From Desulfobacterales bacterium (GTDB taxonomy: Bacteria > Desulfobacterota > Desulfobacteria > Desulfobacterales > UBA5852): a DNA stretch of 64,000 bases. The notes under the pieces are model-generated. The model was not told where the DNA came from, made no database searches, and saw only the letters and a program-made list of their open reading frames with translations. The stretch covers positions 1,664,001 to 1,728,000 of the forward strand of contig CAXXVS010000002.1 of NCBI GenBank assembly GCA_963674755.2, in the 5' to 3' direction. Made by a program: the position numbers and the translations under genes. Shown here in pieces: positions 29,095 through 38,356 of the stretch (the stretch's first letter is position 1; each line of letters opens with the position of its first letter).

Positions 29095-30619
29095 TCGTTA
29101 AGACCTTACCCATTCGGTTTTTGGGGATTTCTTCGACAAATTTGACATCTTTCGGGATTTTCCAGGCATGGATATGCTCTCGGCAGTGATGCCGTATTTC
29201 GGAGGCATCAAGTTTCGCACCGGGGCGGCATTTGATGGCGGCAACCACTTTTTCACCCCATTTTTCGTCCGGAAGGCCGACCACGGACGATTCAAGGACA
29301 GCCTCTATCTGGTTGATAACAGTCTCGACTTCTTTGGGCGATATATTCTCGCCTCCGGAAATGATTATGTTTTTGATGCGATCCGTCAGATAGTAATATC
29401 CGTCTTGGTCCACATAGCCAAGATCGCCGGTTTTGAACCAGCTGTCTTCAAATGCCTTGGCGGTCTCCTGGGGTTTTTCCCAATATCCGGGCGTTATGCC
29501 GGGGCCTTTAAGCCAGATTTCCCCGATTTCACCGGATTCGAGTGTGCCGCCGGTTTCCGGAGAGACAATTTTTACGGCAAGTTTCGGCAGGGGCCGTCCA
29601 ATTGACCCTGGTTTTCTGGGGCCATCCAGGGGGTTGGAAAAGTTCATGCCGGTTTCTGACATTCCTTCCCGTTCTACCGGCGCCTTTCCGAAAACCGTTT
29701 TGATCCTCTCGAAGTCTTTTGAAAGAAGCGGAGCCGATCCCGAGGTCCACAACCGAATGTGCTCAAAATCCGGTGTTTTATCTCCAACAGCCTCCAACAT
29801 TTTGACGTACATGGAAGGAACGGCCATGAAAACGGTGCACGCGACGTTCACGTCCTTTCGGGCCAGCGTGTCCAGCACCTGCAAGGGCGTGAACCGATCG
29901 AGCATGACGATTTCTGCCCCGGCCATCAGGGCTGTATGGGTTGCAAAACCGAGGCCGTGGACATGAAACAGTGGAAGTGCATGACAGATGCGATCTGAAC
30001 CGTTGATTTGCCATATATCGATGATGTTTTGGGCGTCATGGACAAGGTTTCCCTGGGTCAGAACTGCACCTTTGGGCTGTCCGGTCGTGCCGGATGTATA
30101 GATGATCGTGGCGGGATCTTCCGGCAGGATATCGACAGGCCGACTTTTGTCACTGAAGGGCCGAAAAAAATCAAGCTTGGCATAGGGTTGATCGGTGTCC
30201 AGAATCTGGTGGTTGAGTTTCGGATTCACAGCGTTGAGGATCTCGGCCTGAGTGACACCGGCGATTATCAGAGACGGGCGCGTGTCCTCTGTCAGATAGG
30301 CCATTTCAGCTTTCAAGAAACCCGGATTTACCGGAACCGAAACAGCACCGATCCGAAGCAGGGACAGATGGGCGATTAAAAAGATGACGGATTTCGGAAG
30401 AAAGAGGATCACCCGATCCCCTTTGCGGATTCCGGCATTCGAAAAATAGCAGGCCATTCGGTTGGTGTCCGCGTCGAGAATTGCGTAGGTTAATTCTGTT
30501 TCAATGCGGCCATCGCGCAAAAAACGCAAAGCTGTTTTATGGGCATTCGACGAAAAACTTGCATCAAAGCAGCCTGTGATACAATCTGTCCCAATTATCG
30601 AAGCCGTCGTTGTTTCCAT
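29066..30619 (-). CDS. Acyl-CoA synthetase (malonyl-CoA synthetase MatB-like)
   Basis: YTSGTTGQPKG, HALPLFHVHGL, SGSAPL, EREGMSETGM, KTGDLG, PKNRMGKV; start 30619 or 30634. Confidence 0.9.
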   Translation of the reverse strand: METTTASIIGTDCITGCFDASFSSNAHKTALRFLRDGRIETELTYAILDADTNRMACYFSNAGIRKGDRVILFLPKSVIFLIAHLSLLRIGAVSVPVNPGFLKAEMAYLTEDTRPSLIIAGVTQAEILNAVNPKLNHQILDTDQPYAKLDFFRPFSDKSRPVDILPEDPATIIYTSGTTGQPKGAVLTQGNLVHDAQNIIDIWQINGSDRICHALPLFHVHGLGFATHTALMAGAEIVMLDRFTPLQVLDTLARKDVNVACTVFMAVPSMYVKMLEAVGDKTPDFEHIRLWTSGSAPLLSKDFERIKTVFGKAPVEREGMSETGMNFSNPLDGPRKPGSIGRPLPKLAVKIVSPETGGTLESGEIGEIWLKGPGITPGYWEKPQETAKAFEDSWFKTGDLGYVDQDGYYYLTDRIKNIIISGGENISPKEVETVINQIEAVLESSVVGLPDEKWGEKVVAAIKCRPGAKLDASEIRHHCREHIHAWKIPKDVKFVEEIPKNRMGKVLTNDVRQLFTS

Positions 30620-30626
30620 TTCCTCA

Positions 30627-31505
30627 TTATCCATCAGCCGTTTCATTGTCATCCAGAACATACATGCTTCCGGAGTTGTTAACGAAAAAGTCGCCGCCGA
30701 ATTCTTGGGCCAGTTTCATTGAGGCGTCGAATCCTGTGCAGTGAGATGCGCCTATTTTCCGAATTCCTATTTCGCGCAGTGCTGCAATTGCCTTTTTTTT
30801 CTGTTCTTCGGTTTTTGGGAAGAGGTGCGTCCCCCCAACGATCGTGTGTACGCTCTGCTCACCCGTGATGTGCTGGGCATGGCGGATCGAATTGATCATT
30901 CCCCGATGAGCGCAGCCGAGAACGATCACAAGCCCTTCCCGGCTGCGAATGATTAAGGCCTGGTCATCAAGGATCGGATCGGGTTGGAACGCCCCGTTTT
31001 TGAGGATGTGAAATATCGGTTCTATTGATTCGAAATCGGTGACCATCGGGATTTCGCCTGTTGTCCAGATGTTTTCCGAAAGCTGGACAGGCTCCCGACT
31101 GAGCTGAAAATGAGCCCCGAGTTGCTCGAGTTGTTTTTTTTCATAGGGGATGCTGATATCGGCGGCGGTGTCTTCGTATGGCCGCCGTGTGTATTTCTCC
31201 TCCCAGATGGCCGGATGGGCGATAACCCGGGTTTCCCCAATTCGCCTGAGCATGGGCGCCAATCCGCCCGTGTGGTCGGCGTGGGCATGGCTGAGAACGA
31301 TGGGGGTACCCGACGGGATTTTAATGCCAAGCCGATCCGCATTGCGGAGCGTGATATCGCTGGCACCGGTGTCAAAAAGGATGGTGCGACCATCGGCCTC
31401 AACGAAAATGCTTAGCCCCCACTCGGCTGCAAATCCTGGCTTGCCTGCCGAGTTTTCACATAATGTCGCCAGTCGAATCTTCAAATCACCAAGCTCCCTT
31501 CGCAT
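30627..31505 (-). CDS. MBL-fold metallo-hydrolase (COG1237-like)
   Basis: AEWGLS, LFDTG, SHAHADHTGG, GCAHRG, GGTHL, SHCTG. Confidence 0.9.
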   Translation of the reverse strand: MRRELGDLKIRLATLCENSAGKPGFAAEWGLSIFVEADGRTILFDTGASDITLRNADRLGIKIPSGTPIVLSHAHADHTGGLAPMLRRIGETRVIAHPAIWEEKYTRRPYEDTAADISIPYEKKQLEQLGAHFQLSREPVQLSENIWTTGEIPMVTDFESIEPIFHILKNGAFQPDPILDDQALIIRSREGLVIVLGCAHRGMINSIRHAQHITGEQSVHTIVGGTHLFPKTEEQKKKAIAALREIGIRKIGASHCTGFDASMKLAQEFGGDFFVNNSGSMYVLDDNETADG

Positions 31506-31519
31506 CTTGTGGCGCGGTG

Positions 31520-33538
31520 TTAGCTGACCTTCATATCAGCGATGCTGGTGCCGCTTCCCCAATCGATATCTTCGAGATTGATCCGGGGAAGCTCCGTTGG
31601 CCGTTTGCCAAGGAATGGGATATTCGGCGTAAAATGGTGGCTCAGGATGCCGACGCCCACCAAGGCAATGCCAATCACATCGGTCAGCAAGGTGGAACTG
31701 AGAAGAAACAACCCGCCGACAATGAAGAGTAGCCGTTCCGACGGTGATGTCGGTTTCAGAAAGTATCCGAATACGCCGGCTTCGATGAAAAACATGGCGA
31801 TGATGACGGTGATCACGACCCAGAGGGTGCCGAGGACCGTTCCGCCCTGCATCAGGATTGCGGGTTGGTAAATGAAGAAATAAGGGATGATGTATCCACC
31901 GAGACTCAACCCCATCGAGATCATGGCAATGCGGACCCAGGATCCGCCTGAAATGGCCCGGGCGGTGAAGACAGCTACACAAACGGGGGGCGTGATCCCT
32001 GCCGCGATGGCAAAATAGAAGATGAAAAGATGCGCCGGCAACCCTGGCAGACCGAGGGTCACCAGAGCCGGTCCGAGAGCCGAGGCTGCGATGACATAGG
32101 CGGCCGTGGTCGACATGCCCATGCCGAGGATGATGGCGACAATCATGACGGCGACAAGTGCCAGAAAGGCATTGGTGCCGGCCAAATTGACAATGAACTC
32201 AGAAATTTTCACCCCGAGTCCGGTGGCGTTGATTAGCGTGACGACGACCTGGACGCAACTCATCATCACAATGAGCATGACCAGGGCGCCGTTGACCGCT
32301 TTGTAAAAAGCCTGCAGGCTTGATTTGGTGCGTTTGCCGGTTTCTTTCCGGTTTAGCGGGCCGCCGATGAACAGGAAAATAGCCAACGCCGATACCAGAG
32401 ACCATCCGGCACAGGTTTGCGGCGGAAGGTAATTAACAAGAAGATAGATCAGGATTCCGATCGGAATAAGAGTATTCAATAATTCCCGGGGATTGAAAAG
32501 ATCGGCCCATTTGGGGATAAGACTTGCCGGAAGTTTACCGAGGCCATGTTTTCCTGCCAGCACGTAGATGCCGCTGCCGATTCCCACGAAATAGCAAATA
32601 GCGGGTATGATGGCGGCAACCATGATGGACATGTACTTGACCCCGAGCAACTCGGCCATGACGAAGGCCCCGGCCCCCATGATGGGCGGCATAATCTGGC
32701 CGCCCGAAGAGGCCGATGCTTCGGTTGCGGCCGCTATTTCATCGTTGTAACCGAGTTTTTTCATGGTTGGGATTGTGAAGGTACCCGTCGTGGCGACGTT
32801 GGCCACAGAGGAACCGGAGAGCATGCCGAGCCCTGCGCTGGAGAGCAGCGCGATCTGGCCGGCACCACCCCGGATCCGTCCGCCGGTGAAACGGGACCAT
32901 TTTATGAAAGTGTTGCCCACCCCGCATGCAAAAAGGATCGGTCCAAGCAATATGAAAATTGCGATCAGTCGACTCGTCAGATCCGTCAGAAGCCCCCAGA
33001 CCCCTTCCGTGGTAAGGTAGAAAATGTAAAGCAGTTCCTCGAGGCCATAACCGGCATGGCCGAGTTCTCCCGGAAGCAAATCCCCGAAAAGCGCATACGC
33101 CACGAAAGAGAACACGACAATCGGGACGATATTGCCCAGGGTCCGGCGGGTCCCTTCCACCAGCATGATAAACAAGATCGCTCCGAGCACCAAGTAATAG
33201 GTCTCGTAGGTCAGCGGATTGCTGACGATCGGTTCCCAGTTTATAATGATAAAAATGCACGGCGCGCTTCCCATTACGGTAAAAACGATGTCGAGGAGGG
33301 AGGGGGTGCTGTTCGTGCCGAACACCAGACTTGCCGCTGTTCGGGACGGGCCCTTTGCCAGCGCCTTCCTGCTGATCGGGTTGTTGATGAATACCAGGAG
33401 CATGCCGAAGGTAAGGATCACGGCCCCTTGCAGGGCAGGATGGAAAGGACGCCAGAGGGAAGTGAAAACAATAAAGGTTACGGTCAATGCCGTAATCGCC
33501 ACAACAATCCACTTCCAAACGCCCGTCAGTGCTCTCAT
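31520..33538 (-). CDS. TRAP transporter fused 4TM/12TM permease
   Basis: SGSSVAN, GGQIMPPIMGAGAF, ILGMGM, ITPPVC; AGGAGG RBS. Confidence 0.95.
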   Translation of the reverse strand: MRALTGVWKWIVVAITALTVTFIVFTSLWRPFHPALQGAVILTFGMLLVFINNPISRKALAKGPSRTAASLVFGTNSTPSLLDIVFTVMGSAPCIFIIINWEPIVSNPLTYETYYLVLGAILFIMLVEGTRRTLGNIVPIVVFSFVAYALFGDLLPGELGHAGYGLEELLYIFYLTTEGVWGLLTDLTSRLIAIFILLGPILFACGVGNTFIKWSRFTGGRIRGGAGQIALLSSAGLGMLSGSSVANVATTGTFTIPTMKKLGYNDEIAAATEASASSGGQIMPPIMGAGAFVMAELLGVKYMSIMVAAIIPAICYFVGIGSGIYVLAGKHGLGKLPASLIPKWADLFNPRELLNTLIPIGILIYLLVNYLPPQTCAGWSLVSALAIFLFIGGPLNRKETGKRTKSSLQAFYKAVNGALVMLIVMMSCVQVVVTLINATGLGVKISEFIVNLAGTNAFLALVAVMIVAIILGMGMSTTAAYVIAASALGPALVTLGLPGLPAHLFIFYFAIAAGITPPVCVAVFTARAISGGSWVRIAMISMGLSLGGYIIPYFFIYQPAILMQGGTVLGTLWVVITVIIAMFFIEAGVFGYFLKPTSPSERLLFIVGGLFLLSSTLLTDVIGIALVGVGILSHHFTPNIPFLGKRPTELPRINLEDIDWGSGTSIADMKVS

Positions 33539-33799
33539 GATTTCCTCCTGTAAAACAGATCAGTTAATTCAGCTCAGTTGCCCAAGTGCAGACCGGAAAA
33601 ATTATTACCATGGGAAATCCCGTTTCAGGCAGCGGGCAAATGGCGCAGTGGGTCGAAATACAGCGTTATACCGTCTCTGAAAGTGCACACCTTTATCTGA
33701 TAGGCGACTGTTCCAATTTTAAGCAAACCACGCTGATCAGCACTATCCTTGTTTTCCCAGGGATATCCGTCCTGGTTGCGATGATCGTTAATTATAAGA

Positions 33800-33875
33800 A
33801 ATATGTGGGGTGGAGAGCGACGCACATGCTTTGGGTAGCGTCGGAAGACACCGGATTTTCTCCTCCCCACATATT
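33800..33875. other. Long intra-operon stem-loop
   Basis: AATATGTGGGGTGGAGA ... TCTCCTCCCCACATATT with inner CGACGC/GCGTCG stem. Confidence 0.65.
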
Positions 33876-34002
33876 GCGAACGATCTTTTTTTCTCAAAGC
33901 ACGCTCCCCATATCGTTGCCTGCAGATGCGTCCGGCTTTGTGACCGTGCATCCAATTAGGCCTTTGTCTTTTTCAGCCTAATCGGGTTTTAGTCCAAGCC
34001 GG

Positions 34003-34392
34003 TCAAGGTTTCAGGATTTCAACTTTGCAGACCGCTTCGGTCCCCTTGTCTCCGGTGGCCACCAAGTCCCAGAAACCCGGGATCGCCACATATTTGTGGG
34101 GATAGTTGGTTTTGGCTGCAAACGTTCCATCTTGCCCGGCTTGGATGGCCACGCCCTTTTTCCCGACGATGATGGGGACATCCTCCATGTTGAGCACGAG
34201 TTCAATGATCTCACCGGGGATGAACCCGCTTCCGGTCACATCCATGGCTTTACCGGGGACACCCGATCCGGAAACGGCGATGGTCGGCGTTGTATCCCCC
34301 GACCGCATGTCCTTTCCCGCACAACCGGAAAATGCCAGCACCAGGATCAGGCCGATAGAGATACCAGCGAAAACTTTCGGTAGTCTTTTCAT
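34003..34392 (-). CDS. Small lipoprotein with probable Ig-like fold
   Basis: Lipobox LAFSGC; VTGSGFIPGE beta-sandwich-type motif; AAGGAGG RBS. Confidence 0.8.
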   Translation of the reverse strand: MKRLPKVFAGISIGLILVLAFSGCAGKDMRSGDTTPTIAVSGSGVPGKAMDVTGSGFIPGEIIELVLNMEDVPIIVGKKGVAIQAGQDGTFAAKTNYPHKYVAIPGFWDLVATGDKGTEAVCKVEILKP

Positions 34393-34406
34393 CAGAACCT
34401 CCTTGC

Positions 34407-35399
34407 CTAACGTGCTTCGGGCGGAATGAGTCGATCCGGAACAGTGAAACCAAGTTCCCGATACGCCTTTACGGCACCCTTGTGAAGTGGGACCTCCATG
34501 AAATTGAGCGTATGGTTCCACATATCGCTCCATTTTCCATCACGGGCGATGGGGACCGAAGAGCCAATCTTTTCCCGGTGCTGGTACGCTGACTTAACAA
34601 TTTTATAAATCACGTCTTCAGGCACTCTTACGTGGCTATAGTCACCACAAGCGTAAGCCAGGCAGAGAACCGGATCGGTCTGCCCATCGTAAGTGTTGGC
34701 CGGAAGCGTGTATTCAAGAGAATGTTTTGGCCAGGCTTTTTCGAATTTGGCCAGATCGTCCTTGGTGACCGGCAGGAGAACGACGTCCATGGTCGATTGG
34801 ATTTCGAGAATGGAGGAATCGAGAGGGCCGATGCGGTAAAAGGCGTCAACCGATCCGGCCTTCATGGCATCGATCCCCGATGAGATCCCCATGAGTTTAT
34901 AGTCAGCCTTGATGCCCAACGATTCGAGAAACATTTTAGACAGCCGCCCCCCGGTGGTACCCGGGCTCATGACATAGGGCCGGCCGTCGAGTTCATAGAT
35001 GCTGTTGATGTTGCGGTCCTTGATGGCGACTTGAAGCACTGGGGCGACATATCCTCCCCACAGCCCGCGAAGCTGATCATCACCTTTACCCTCAAAGTCA
35101 GCGATTCCCTTGTAGCAGGCATATGCCGCCAGGTTGTGGGTAAGGCCGCAGTGGATCAGTCCTTTCTGAAGCCTGAGGATGTTGTCGAGGAACCCCCCGG
35201 TTTCCATGGGGGAGATCGTGACCTGCCCTTTAAGATCCTTGTTGACGGCTCTTGCCATGGTCGTGACATAGGCGAACGAGCCGATCCGTGGTGATACGGC
35301 CCCCCACTTTATCCTGTATGCCTTTGCGGCAAACGCCTCTGTTGCTGTGAAGGCGGCCATCGTCAAAACGACCATTATCGCAGCTAAAGCCTTTTTCAT
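34407..35399 (-). CDS. TAXI family TRAP solute-binding subunit
   Basis: Signal peptide, ETGGFLDN, VPLHKGAVKAYRELG. Confidence 0.92.
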   Translation of the reverse strand: MKKALAAIMVVLTMAAFTATEAFAAKAYRIKWGAVSPRIGSFAYVTTMARAVNKDLKGQVTISPMETGGFLDNILRLQKGLIHCGLTHNLAAYACYKGIADFEGKGDDQLRGLWGGYVAPVLQVAIKDRNINSIYELDGRPYVMSPGTTGGRLSKMFLESLGIKADYKLMGISSGIDAMKAGSVDAFYRIGPLDSSILEIQSTMDVVLLPVTKDDLAKFEKAWPKHSLEYTLPANTYDGQTDPVLCLAYACGDYSHVRVPEDVIYKIVKSAYQHREKIGSSVPIARDGKWSDMWNHTLNFMEVPLHKGAVKAYRELGFTVPDRLIPPEAR

Positions 35400-35488
35400 G
35401 GTTCCCTCCTTTGCGGTTTATGGATACATCAAGCGTAAGGGTTTTCCCGCGCTTTTTTAAATATGTGAAGCTATCGTACATCAAAGCG

Positions 35489-36688
35489 TCATGGGCTCAC
35501 ATATTGCCGAATGATGTCGTCGGCTTTAAGCGCCCGGATTTTTTCATCGGCATATCCGATTTCTTTCAGAATCTCTTCGGTGTGCTCACCGAGAAGCGGT
35601 GGCATCATGCGAATTTTCCCCGGGGTTGCGGAAAGCTTGGTTGGGATGCCGAGCATTTGGATTTTTCCCCGCAACGCGTCTTCCATTTCGACAACCATCT
35701 CACGCGCCTTGGTCTGCTCCAGTTCGAGGGCTTCCTTGACAGTTCGGACCTTTCCGCACGGGACACCGCCTTCGTTTAGAAGCTCCACCCAAGCCTCGGT
35801 ATCATTTTCCAGGGTTGTTTTTTCGATCTCGTCTTGCAGGATTGCATGATTTTTGTTGCGGTCTTTAAGGGTCAGAAACCTGGGGTCTTCAAGAAGTTCC
35901 GTGCGGCCGAGAACACGGCTGCACAGATTTTCCCACAACCGCTGACTGCCGGCACCAATAATGACATAGCCGTCTTTGGTTTGAAATGTACCATAAGGCG
36001 TCTGCTGGGGATGTCGGTTGCCGGTCCTTGCGGGGGTCTCTCCAGTCGTAAAATAGTGCCCGGCCTGGTATGTAAGCAGCGCCAGAATACCGTCCATCAT
36101 GGCGCTGTCCACGTGTTGACCCTCGCCTGTTTTTTCCCGGGCAAGAAGGGCGGAGTAGATGCCGACCAAACCGTAAAATGCACCGATGAAATCGGTCAGG
36201 CCAATGCCTACCCGGGTTGGGACATCGAAACCGGTGATATCCATGAAGCCGGTATCCCCTTGAACAGAAACATCGAACCCGGATTTGTTTTGGAAGGGGC
36301 CGGTCTGACCATAGGCGGTGATCGAACAATAGACAAGTTTAGGATTGATTTCATGGACTTCCGGCCAGGAAAGCCCCATTTTTTTCATCAGGCCCGGACG
36401 GAAGTTTTCAACGAGAACATCGCTTTCTTCGATCAGCCGTTTGACAATCGCTATGCCTTCCGGACTTCTCAGATCAAGTGCTATGCTTCGTTTGTTTTTG
36501 TTAAGGGTTATGAAATAGTAGCTTTGGTCTCCAATGAAAGGGCCCCAGCTTCTCAGCTGGTCCCCGCGGTCGACTGGTGATTCAATTTTAACCACATCGG
36601 CACCGTGGTCGGCCAGCTGCATGGAGCAGAAAGTTCCAGAAACGAAACGGGTCAAATCGACGACCTTCAAACCCTCCAGAGCATACAT
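35489..36688 (-). CDS. CoA-transferase family III (CaiB/BaiF)
   Basis: LEGLKVVDLT, GADVVKIE, NKNKRSI, ENFRPG, catalytic Asp in GLTDFIG, PLLGEHT. Confidence 0.95.
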   Translation of the reverse strand: MYALEGLKVVDLTRFVSGTFCSMQLADHGADVVKIESPVDRGDQLRSWGPFIGDQSYYFITLNKNKRSIALDLRSPEGIAIVKRLIEESDVLVENFRPGLMKKMGLSWPEVHEINPKLVYCSITAYGQTGPFQNKSGFDVSVQGDTGFMDITGFDVPTRVGIGLTDFIGAFYGLVGIYSALLAREKTGEGQHVDSAMMDGILALLTYQAGHYFTTGETPARTGNRHPQQTPYGTFQTKDGYVIIGAGSQRLWENLCSRVLGRTELLEDPRFLTLKDRNKNHAILQDEIEKTTLENDTEAWVELLNEGGVPCGKVRTVKEALELEQTKAREMVVEMEDALRGKIQMLGIPTKLSATPGKIRMMPPLLGEHTEEILKEIGYADEKIRALKADDIIRQYVSP

Positions 36689-36785
36689 TATCTACCTCCT
36701 TACGCCTCGCAGGTGAGCGGTTTTATAAAATCTGGAATGAGCATTGTTCATTAATATTATGAGAGTCATATTTTTATGCAAACAA

Positions 36786-36808
36786 TAACATATTATGTTG
36801 TATGTCAA
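36786..36808. promoter_or_regulatory. Candidate FadR/GntR operator
   Basis: AACATA-T-TATGTT and TTGTATGTCAA near-palindromes in the divergent intergenic region. Confidence 0.45.
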
Positions 36809-36837
36809 GTATTAAATCACACAACGAACTTTGGTGT

Positions 36838-36865
36838 TTGACATTCAGCATAAATTTCTCATAAT
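36838..36865 (+). promoter_or_regulatory. Sigma70-type promoter for the GntR gene
   Basis: TTGACA-16 bp-CATAAT. Confidence 0.55.
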
Positions 36866-36895
36866 ATTGATCAACTTGCAGATTGGAAAAGAACG

Positions 36896-37609
36896 ATGAA
36901 ACTGAGCCGAAAACCAAAAATTGTTAGAGTACCCAAACTCTCTGATCAGATTTCAGATTTTCTGATTTCTGAGATTGAGAGTGGAACCCTTAAGCCGGGC
37001 GAATTGCTCCCATCGGAGGCCGAACTTTCCGAACAATTCAATGTCAGTCGGACGGTGATCCGGGAGGCTCTGGGGCGTCTGAAATATGATGGGCTGCTGG
37101 AATCGAGTCAGGGCAGCCGATCAAAGGTTGCCGCTGACGGTTCCAAGCGAGTTTTTCGCATGAATCAGCTTGAGGCGAGCAATCTGGGAGAAATCGGTTT
37201 TCTTTATGAATTTCGGGCAATTCTGGAAAGCGAAGCGGCTGCACTGGCAGCAAAACGACGTACCGATGAAGACTTGGATGAAATGAAGAAACTTATCGCG
37301 GTCCTTAACCGCGCCAGCGAAGAACATCACGACGGAACGAATGAAAATGTTAATTTTCACAAAAGGGTGACCGACGCCAGCAAGAATCCTTATCTATATG
37401 ATTTCATGGAATTTCTCGGGAGCAAGATTCGTGATCTGGTCCAGGCAGATCGGGACAGTTCAAAACAAATCGGCCTTCCTCCGGAAGTACAGGAAGAGCA
37501 CATCGCTATTTTTGAAGCGATTTCACGAAAGGAACCCGAGGAAGCGCGCAAGGCTGTAAAAACGCACATCCAAAACGCAGCGAAACGCCGTGGGTTGAAC
37601 ATCTCTTAA
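36896..37609 (+). CDS. FadR/GntR family transcriptional regulator
   Basis: LPSEAEL..FNVSRTVIREAL wHTH; FCD domain (RAILE, FH, EEH). Confidence 0.95.
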   Translation: MKLSRKPKIVRVPKLSDQISDFLISEIESGTLKPGELLPSEAELSEQFNVSRTVIREALGRLKYDGLLESSQGSRSKVAADGSKRVFRMNQLEASNLGEIGFLYEFRAILESEAAALAAKRRTDEDLDEMKKLIAVLNRASEEHHDGTNENVNFHKRVTDASKNPYLYDFMEFLGSKIRDLVQADRDSSKQIGLPPEVQEEHIAIFEAISRKEPEEARKAVKTHIQNAAKRRGLNIS

Positions 37610-37708
37610 TCGATTAGATGGAAAAACTTTCCGGCAATGGCGGTTCTTTGATTGGTCGGAAAAAATTCAGGGGGAAGGCTGAATCGTCTAAAACCCTGTT
37701 TTTATTTA

Positions 37709-37722
37709 TGGTGCCGCAGACC
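37709..37722 (-). other. Possible tRNA 3'-end remnant (att-like)
   Basis: Minus strand GGTCTGCGGCACCA followed by TAAATAAAAACAGGGTTTTAG at the edge of the lower-GC island. Confidence 0.35.
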
Positions 37723-38356
37723 TAATTCCTTACAATAATTCAAATATATAAAAATTAGGCCGTTTCTATAAATCGTACCATTTCGGCTCCATATCAGAAT
37801 GGTAATCCGACATTTTAATCTCAAGCTTCCGTAAAACCTTCAAGATTTTTATAAAATATTCGCAGTGCCCCCTTCTGCAAGGAATTTGACACCTGTAGTC
37901 TAATAATTGTTTTAGCATTACAGATATTGGAAGGGCGATGCCTGCAATTTCAAAAGAAAAACGATAAATGCAGATATGCAATGTGAGCCTGTATCTATTA
38001 GTCGGAACTGTTAAGGTTTTATGGATTTTGCAGCGGTTTTGATTGGAACGTTGTGATTAATTGATTTCATTAGTGATATCTCAATAATTCAGCGCTTTGG
38101 AAAATGTCGGATTACGTGCCACTGTCCAGGATCCGGCAATCCTATAGGTAGGGCCCCCTAATCGGCAGCCTAGCACCCTGCCCTATTGCACTGACCCCGC
38201 AGCTTACCCGCGCACTTGAATGTCACAACCCCTGAGCCGGCGTTATCATCGGGTCGCCCGTTGCCGGATACCTCCCATCCACTGAGATTTTTCATTATCC
38301 TAAATGGCGCACTTACTCCACAGACCTGGTGCCGATCTTACCGCAGGGGTACAACC

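Noticed and set aside
33625..33951. 108-aa ORF as a DUF1850-type TRAP accessory gene
   Set aside because: No RBS, signal/TM segment or recognisable motif; it spans the large hairpin
37709..37722. Intact tRNA gene
   Set aside because: Only 14 nt resemble a 3' end; no T-loop or cloverleaf
37766..37981. 71-aa ORF as an integrase or recombinase remnant
   Set aside because: No recognisable catalytic motif; cannot be supported without a search
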